IMG/VR virus record: IMGVR_UViG_3300007734_000739
Coordinates: 1-61,692 of that record
Length of the DNA stretch: 61,692 nucleotides
From: a virus
Taxonomy: Duplodnaviria > Caudoviricetes
Strand: one strand, 5' to 3'
Both the position numbers and the translations under genes were made by a program. A model generated the notes under the pieces. It made no database searches. It saw only the letters and a program-made list of their open reading frames with translations, and was not told the origin of the DNA. This document shows positions 56,235 to 61,692 of this stretch, in pieces; positions within the stretch are counted from its first letter, which is position 1, and the number at the start of each line of letters is the position of its first letter.

Positions 56235-56933
56235 ATTGACCCAATCAGCCTTCTCTTCGCCGCCAATGCTTGCGTTGCCGCCATTAAAGAAGGTTGTGAG
56301 TTATACAAGCAGGCGAAGACTTCTTTCATGGAGGTCAAAGCCACGGTTGACGAGGCCATCGGGGTTGGAAAAGAAATCTATGGATTTTGGGGAAAGATTT
56401 CTGCTTTCCTTGGCGCGAAGCCTAAAGCTCGACCAGCGTCGAAGCCTGTGGCGAAAAAGAAAGAGAAGTTCGTTGCCGTTGACGAAACCCAAGTCATGGT
56501 TGATGTTGTCAAGCAACTCACCGAGTTCTTCAGAATTCAGGAACAGTTAGCTGCACACATTCGGGAAGAGGAGGAAAAGTCCAGAAACGTCTACGAGCCT
56601 GACCAAAACCAAATGGAAGCCGCATTGAAGCGGGTGATGGCGATGGATCAGATGGCGGAGCTGGAGAAAACGATCAGGGAGACGATGGTTTATCAGAGTC
56701 CACCAGAGATGGGGGCGCTGTATTCCAAGGTGTTTGAGATGCGGGATGTCATCGCCGCTGAACAAGAAGCCGCTAGATTGGCGCAGGAACAGCGGGAGCG
56801 AAGACTGAGATGGCAACGACACCAAAGGGAAAGAAGCCAAAACCTGCGAGCAGGAGCAGCCGTCCTAACCTTGATTCTTATCGCATACCTGTGGACGTGG
56901 TTCCTGTGGTTGAAACAACTGAGGAGCGTTTGA
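56235..56933 (+). CDS. coiled-coil protein with C-terminal TM, probable ATT start
   Basis: GGAG RBS, then ATT-GAC-CCA (IDPISLL) in frame with ATG 56328; in-frame TAA just upstream. Confidence 0.65.
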   Translation: MDPISLLFAANACVAAIKEGCELYKQAKTSFMEVKATVDEAIGVGKEIYGFWGKISAFLGAKPKARPASKPVAKKKEKFVAVDETQVMVDVVKQLTEFFRIQEQLAAHIREEEEKSRNVYEPDQNQMEAALKRVMAMDQMAELEKTIRETMVYQSPPEMGALYSKVFEMRDVIAAEQEAARLAQEQRERRLRWQRHQRERSQNLRAGAAVLTLILIAYLWTWFLWLKQLRSV

Positions 56934-57151
56934 TGGGGATGCTGGGTTGGATTGTGGCGGTGGTGTTGGTTGCGTTCATGCTGCCCTTGCTGGCGTTTCT
57001 GTATTTGGACATATTGGAGACTAAGCATGAGAGCAAGGCGCAGATCGAAAAGGTAGAGAAACTACGACGGGAAGTGGAGAGGAAGAATCGGGACAGTCCA
57101 AAAGAATTCACGGACAACCCCATTTTTGACCGGAGAAAGAAACATGAGTAA
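56933..57151 (+). CDS. small membrane protein (lysis region)
   Basis: N-terminal TM, basic tail. Confidence 0.6.
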   Translation: MGMLGWIVAVVLVAFMLPLLAFLYLDILETKHESKAQIEKVEKLRREVERKNRDSPKEFTDNPIFDRRKKHE

Positions 57152-57470
57152 GCAACTGGAAAAAGACTCAAGTTACAACCAATTTGACACCGACCACGAC
57201 GGCGTGGTGACGGATACGGAGTTGGCTCGCTCCGAACGGATGATGCAGATTGAGAACATGGACAAGATGGCTGACCAGCAGCGCATCATGGCTTGGGCGG
57301 CACTGGTTGCTCCTCCTGCCTTGATTGCTTTCTTGGCCTCTAGTCTAGTGGCCTTAGAGAAGGTTAATGCCCTGAATGGATTGGTTACCACCTACTGTGC
57401 AGCTATGGGAACGATTGTGGTGGCATTCATGGCGGCACAAGCCTACGTCCGTGGTAAAGCGGGGGAGTAA
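57144..57470 (+). CDS. holin-like 2-TM protein with EF-hand-like loop
   Basis: DTDHDGVVTDTE then two TM segments. Confidence 0.6.
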   Translation: MSKQLEKDSSYNQFDTDHDGVVTDTELARSERMMQIENMDKMADQQRIMAWAALVAPPALIAFLASSLVALEKVNALNGLVTTYCAAMGTIVVAFMAAQAYVRGKAGE

Positions 57471-57472
57471 AT

Positions 57473-57715
57473 ATGGAACAGACACTGCGGGGAAAACTGA
57501 CCTACAAGGTGACCTTGATGGTTGCCGCCACCCTGTGCATTGTGGTGTGCAGTATGGTATTTACGCTGATGTTTGGACTGTTTGACGAAAAAGTGGACAA
57601 CACCGAAATTTTTAAACTAATCAGTCCTGCGTTTCAGACGGTGGTTGGTGGATTTATTGGGTTGCTGGCGGGTATCAAACTTAGCCACGATGACGAAGAA
57701 GTCAACAAACCATGA
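57473..57715 (+). CDS. holin-like 2-TM protein
   Basis: two hydrophobic helices, PAFQTVVGGFIGLL. Confidence 0.55.
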   Translation: MEQTLRGKLTYKVTLMVAATLCIVVCSMVFTLMFGLFDEKVDNTEIFKLISPAFQTVVGGFIGLLAGIKLSHDDEEVNKP

Positions 57716-58182
57716 GCCTGCTCAACCCATATGTCATTCTTGGCTTTGTGCTTGCCCTGCTGGGCAGCTTTGGGGCTGGATATTGGCAGGGAAAAGATGC
57801 AGAATACACCCGTCAGCAATTAGAGATTGCCGCCTTGAACGAGAAGGCACGGGAGACAGAACAGCGCATGGCGCAGGTGGCACAAACCTACGCCCAGACT
57901 TTGAGGAAAGCCAACGATGTTGCACGGATTAAAGAGACTAAGCTGCGTACTGATCTTGCCGATGGCAGTCTCAAGCTGCGCATTCCTGTCAAAGCCAGCT
58001 GCCCCGTATCAGTGTCCGAACCCTCCGCCCCTGCCAGCGGAAGTGACAACGGAGCCGCATCAGCCGAACTTGACCGACAGGCTGCTGAAACTCTTATCGC
58101 CATCGCCGCAGAAGGCGACGCAGCCATCCGCAAACTCAACACCTGCATCGAGCAGTACAACCAAATAAGGAGTGCAAAATGA
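57712..58182 (+). CDS. Rz: Rz-like inner-membrane spanin
   Basis: N-terminal TM, coiled coil, G.LKLRIPV..C, AAEGD.AIRKLNTCIEQY. Confidence 0.8.
   Translation: MSLLNPYVILGFVLALLGSFGAGYWQGKDAEYTRQQLEIAALNEKARETEQRMAQVAQTYAQTLRKANDVARIKETKLRTDLADGSLKLRIPVKASCPVSVSEPSAPASGSDNGAASAELDRQAAETLIAIAAEGDAAIRKLNTCIEQYNQIRSAK
57917..58168 (+). CDS. Rz1: Rz1-like outer-membrane lipoprotein spanin embedded in Rz
   Basis: +1 frame inside Rz, GAGG RBS, signal ending AVSSC, Pro-rich mature part. Confidence 0.7.
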   Translation: MLHGLKRLSCVLILPMAVSSCAFLSKPAAPYQCPNPPPLPAEVTTEPHQPNLTDRLLKLLSPSPQKATQPSANSTPASSSTTK

Positions 58183-58646
58183 CACAGTTGACCGCCAACT
58201 TTTCCCTGCACGAACTGACTAAATCTGAGACAGCCTTGCGCATGGGTCTGGACAACACGCCCGGCCCAGTGGAGACTGAGCATTTGAAAATTCTTTGTGA
58301 GCGAGTCCTCCAGCCTGTGCGCGATCACTTCCAAAAAGGTGTCAAGGTGAACTCTGGGTATCGCTCTCCTGACTCAAATGCAGCGGTGAATGGATCTCGT
58401 ACCTCAGACCATTGCAAGGGCCAAGCAGCCGATATAGAGATTCCCGGCGTACCTAACGCTGAGTTGGCGCAATGGATCATGGACAATCTGGACTACACCC
58501 AGTTGATTCTGGAGTTCTACACCCCCGGCATCCCTGATAGCGGTTGGGTGCATGTGAGTTACGACCCAGACAACTTGAAGAAACAAGAGTTGACTGCTAC
58601 CAAAGTCGCTGGTAAAACAACTTATCTCCCCGGATTGGTTGCCTAA
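58179..58646 (+). CDS. peptidase M15A-family endolysin
   Basis: NFSLHEL, SGYRS, SDHCKGQAAD, WVHVS. Confidence 0.88.
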   Translation: MTQLTANFSLHELTKSETALRMGLDNTPGPVETEHLKILCERVLQPVRDHFQKGVKVNSGYRSPDSNAAVNGSRTSDHCKGQAADIEIPGVPNAELAQWIMDNLDYTQLILEFYTPGIPDSGWVHVSYDPDNLKKQELTATKVAGKTTYLPGLVA

Positions 58647-60968
58647 ATGTTGAAAAAACTTGTTCTTAAACCCGGCGTTAATAAAGAAAATACTCGCTAC
58701 ACAAATGAGAACGGGTGGTATGACTGCGACAAAATTCGTTTCCGTCAGGGTACGCCTGAAAAAATAGGCGGATGGGAAAAAATATCAAACAGCACATTCA
58801 TTGGTGTTTGCCGATCTTTGTGGGCATGGGTAACACTTGGCTATCAAAAACTACTTGGTGTTGGTACAAACTTAAAGTTTTTTATTGAAAGCGGCGGAGA
58901 TTATTACGACATAACTCCCTTAAGGTCAGCGGTAACTTTGACTAATCCTTTTGCAATGGTTAGCGGATCATCAACTGTGACTGTGACTGACACAAACGGT
59001 GGATACATTAACAATGATTTCGTAACATTTACTGGCTCCACAGCAAATGGCGGCATTACTTTGCTTGGTGAATATCAAATAACAACAATAAGCCCAACAA
59101 GTTATACAGTGACAGCAGAATCTGTAGCTGCTATTTCTATTGCAAATCCAGCTGTTTTTACAACGCAATTTAAGCTTGCAAACAATGTTCAGGTAACCTT
59201 ATCTACAACAGGAATATTGCCATCTCCATTTGTTGCTGGAACAACTTACTATGTAGTAAATACATCTGGATATACATTTAGCCTTTCTGCTACGCTTGGC
59301 GGAACAGCAATAAGTACGGTTGGATCCACACAATCTGGCACCCAAAAAGTTACAGCCAAAGCCTCATCAACAGCTACTGGAGGAGGCACAGTTCGCGCAA
59401 GTTATCAAATAAATACTGGCCCTGCATATGCCGTGTCTGTAACTGGATGGGGTGCAGGGACATGGGGTTCAGGAACTTGGGGATACGGATCATCTTCCAA
59501 TGATGTTATGCGCCTATGGAGCCAAAGTAATTTTGGTGAAGATTTAATATTTGGCCCAAGAGGTGGGGGTATTTATTACTGGGACGCATCAACTGGAGTT
59601 GTTGGAACAATTTTTACGGTGACAATTGCTTCACCTGCTGTATTAAATACAACTATTACATTGACAAATGGAATGGCTATTTATCTGACTACTGATGGCG
59701 AATTGCCTACAGGATTAAGTGTTGGGCAAGTTTACTATGTTATTAATTCAACAGGTGTAACTTGTAATCTATCTGCTACTTATGGTGGATCGGCAATAAA
59801 CACCACTGGATCACAATCAGGAACACACAAAATTTCTTCAAGAGCAATTTCTCTTGCAATCATGGGTGGCGCATCTGATGTGCCAACCCAACAAAACTGT
59901 TTGCTTGTATCTGACTCTAGTCGTTTTGTTTTTGCTTTTGGCGCAACAGAACTTGGTTCAACAGCATTTAACCCAATGTTGATTCGATGGTCAGATCAAG
60001 GCGATCCTGTGAACTGGACACCAAGTGCAACAGTGCAGGCTGGTTATACATACCTTTCTCATGGATCAGAAATCATAACTTCCATGCAGGCTCGCCAAGA
60101 GATACTTGTGTGGACAGATTCTTCTTTGTATTCTTTGCAATACCAAGGAGCGCCTATTGTTTGGTCTGTTCAGATTGTGGGGGACAACACTTCTATTGCC
60201 GGAGAAAATGCTGTTGCTTACGCTAACGGCGTTGCATACTGGATGGGTGTAGACAAGTTCTATATGTACAACGGACGCACCCAAACGTTGCCTTGCGACT
60301 TGCGTCAGTTTGTTTTTGAAAACATCAATAAATCACAATTCTCTCAAGTTGTTGCCGGAACAAATGAAGGCTTTAATGAGATTTGGTGGTTCTATTGTTC
60401 CGATGAAAGTACAACAATTGATAGCTATGTGGTTTATAACTACTTGGAAAACCAAGGGCAAGGAGCTTGGTACTACGGAACAATGGGGAGGACAGCTTGG
60501 CTTGATAGCGGCTTAAGAGATTACCCAATTGGGGCAACATATGACTACAACATTGTTAACCATGAAAGTGGTGTAGATGACAACACCACCGCTACGACAT
60601 TACCAATTGAGGCATACATAACTTCTGCCGAGTTTGACCTTGATGACGGTGACCGGTTTGGATTTGTGTGGCGTGTGCTGCCAGACATTACTTTTAGAGG
60701 GTCAACTGCTGCCAGTCCTCAAGTGACTATGTATTTGAAGCCCATGCAGAACTCTGGTTCAGGATATAACGTGCCTGCATCTGTTGGCGGAGAAAATAAT
60801 GCCACTGTCACAAGAACGGCAGTGTTACCAATTGAAGAATTTACTGGTCAAATTTACACCCGTGTGCGCGGCAGACAAATGGCAATGGAAGTGAGATCAA
60901 CTGCTACAGGGGTAACTTGGCAGCTTGGCTCTCCTCGTATTGACATCAAACAGGATGGCAGACGATGA
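58647..60968 (+). CDS. tail nozzle / DNA stabilization (P22 gp10-like) protein with inserted beta modules
   Basis: PEKIGGW, IRWSDQ, YWMG..KFY.Y.G, F.EIWWFY, terminal DGRR. Confidence 0.75.
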   Translation: MLKKLVLKPGVNKENTRYTNENGWYDCDKIRFRQGTPEKIGGWEKISNSTFIGVCRSLWAWVTLGYQKLLGVGTNLKFFIESGGDYYDITPLRSAVTLTNPFAMVSGSSTVTVTDTNGGYINNDFVTFTGSTANGGITLLGEYQITTISPTSYTVTAESVAAISIANPAVFTTQFKLANNVQVTLSTTGILPSPFVAGTTYYVVNTSGYTFSLSATLGGTAISTVGSTQSGTQKVTAKASSTATGGGTVRASYQINTGPAYAVSVTGWGAGTWGSGTWGYGSSSNDVMRLWSQSNFGEDLIFGPRGGGIYYWDASTGVVGTIFTVTIASPAVLNTTITLTNGMAIYLTTDGELPTGLSVGQVYYVINSTGVTCNLSATYGGSAINTTGSQSGTHKISSRAISLAIMGGASDVPTQQNCLLVSDSSRFVFAFGATELGSTAFNPMLIRWSDQGDPVNWTPSATVQAGYTYLSHGSEIITSMQARQEILVWTDSSLYSLQYQGAPIVWSVQIVGDNTSIAGENAVAYANGVAYWMGVDKFYMYNGRTQTLPCDLRQFVFENINKSQFSQVVAGTNEGFNEIWWFYCSDESTTIDSYVVYNYLENQGQGAWYYGTMGRTAWLDSGLRDYPIGATYDYNIVNHESGVDDNTTATTLPIEAYITSAEFDLDDGDRFGFVWRVLPDITFRGSTAASPQVTMYLKPMQNSGSGYNVPASVGGENNATVTRTAVLPIEEFTGQIYTRVRGRQMAMEVRSTATGVTWQLGSPRIDIKQDGRR

Positions 60969-61692
60969 CATTGATTGTCACTTCTGACTTTGCGATCAAC
61001 AGGGTTGCTGCGCCAGCGTTGCCTTTCCCGCCAAATCAATATGATCGGATGTATCAGGATCAGCTGAATAATGTCCTGCGTATCTATTTCAATCGACTTG
61101 ACAGTATTTTGGGGCAGCTCATGGCAACGGACACAACAGTACCAATTACTTTTCCGCCAACATCTTTGGATGCTTTTGGTCGACTGCAAGTTGCTGAGCC
61201 GTACACCATTTTTGATAGTCAAAATAGATACACTGCCGACAATCAGTTTGATACAAGCACCGCTTCTGGTGGAACAACTACATACAACTCAAACTTAGCA
61301 AGCGTGTCTATGACTGTAGACACGACAAACGGCTCATCCGTTGTTCGCCAGTCCTATCGTTGCATGCCTTATCAACCCGGCAAAGGTTTGGAAGCCATGA
61401 TGACATTCACCATGAATGCAGCAAAGACTGGATTGCGTCAGCGGGTTGGATATTTCAATACTCAAAATGGCGTGTTCTTGCAGCAAGATGGGAATACTTT
61501 GTCTTTTGTACTGCGGTCTAATTCCATCCCAACGCCGGGAACGCCTAGCGATGCAAGAACGGTTACACAGGCAAATTGGAACGGCGACAAACTAGATGGC
61601 ACTGGAGCCAGTGGCATAACGCTTGACGTTACCAAGACTCAGATTTTGTACTTTGACTTTGAGTGGCTAGGTGTTGGTCAAGTCAGATGCGG
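60965..61692 (+). CDS. 5' part of junction-spanning virion protein (continues to 831)
   Basis: ATG overlaps nozzle stop; APALP...NNVLRIYFNRLD...DAFGRLQV; open into the overlap. Confidence 0.8.
   Translation, partial: MTLIVTSDFAINRVAAPALPFPPNQYDRMYQDQLNNVLRIYFNRLDSILGQLMATDTTVPITFPPTSLDAFGRLQVAEPYTIFDSQNRYTADNQFDTSTASGGTTTYNSNLASVSMTVDTTNGSSVVRQSYRCMPYQPGKGLEAMMTFTMNAAKTGLRQRVGYFNTQNGVFLQQDGNTLSFVLRSNSIPTPGTPSDARTVTQANWNGDKLDGTGASGITLDVTKTQILYFDFEWLGVGQVRC
61529..61692. repeat. terminal direct repeat, right copy
   Basis: identical to 1-164. Confidence 0.97.

Overview
This window is a complete, circularly assembled dsDNA phage genome of about 61,528 bp; bases 1-164 repeat exactly at 61529-61692 and one gene runs across the junction. 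It has a podovirus-like layout: TerS, a LexA-DBD protein, TerL, portal, GroES-like co-chaperonin, scaffold, capsid proteins, a cluster of small basic late proteins, adaptor/fibre genes, a lysis cassette (holin-like proteins, Rz with embedded Rz1, peptidase M15 endolysin, implying a Gram-negative host), a tail nozzle and large ejection proteins including a 2305-aa polyvalent protein. It also has a leftward recombination arm (PD-(D/E)XK nuclease, ERF, SSB-like, PAPS-reductase-like), a central non-coding control region (tRNA-Tyr, tRNA-Leu, C4-like RNA, hairpin-dense leader), a ParB-helicase-primase replication operon and a leftward arm of small early genes. I saw no integrase, DNA/RNA polymerase or ParA. 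The strongest unexplained signal is a 14-bp palindrome, TGGWAACGTTWCCA, found as 12 exact copies across the genome in all three reading frames and at key junctions. With the ParA-less ParB-HTH protein (whose gene contains a copy), it suggests a phage-encoded ParB/parS-like (KorB-like) system. Other candidates are a chained double-pseudoknot RNA after the capsid gene, a shared [FYM]xxGG peptide tag in virion-internal proteins, an unannotated secreted 6-Cys mini-protein and near-total CCWGG avoidance. All family assignments are from motif recognition by eye, not database searches.
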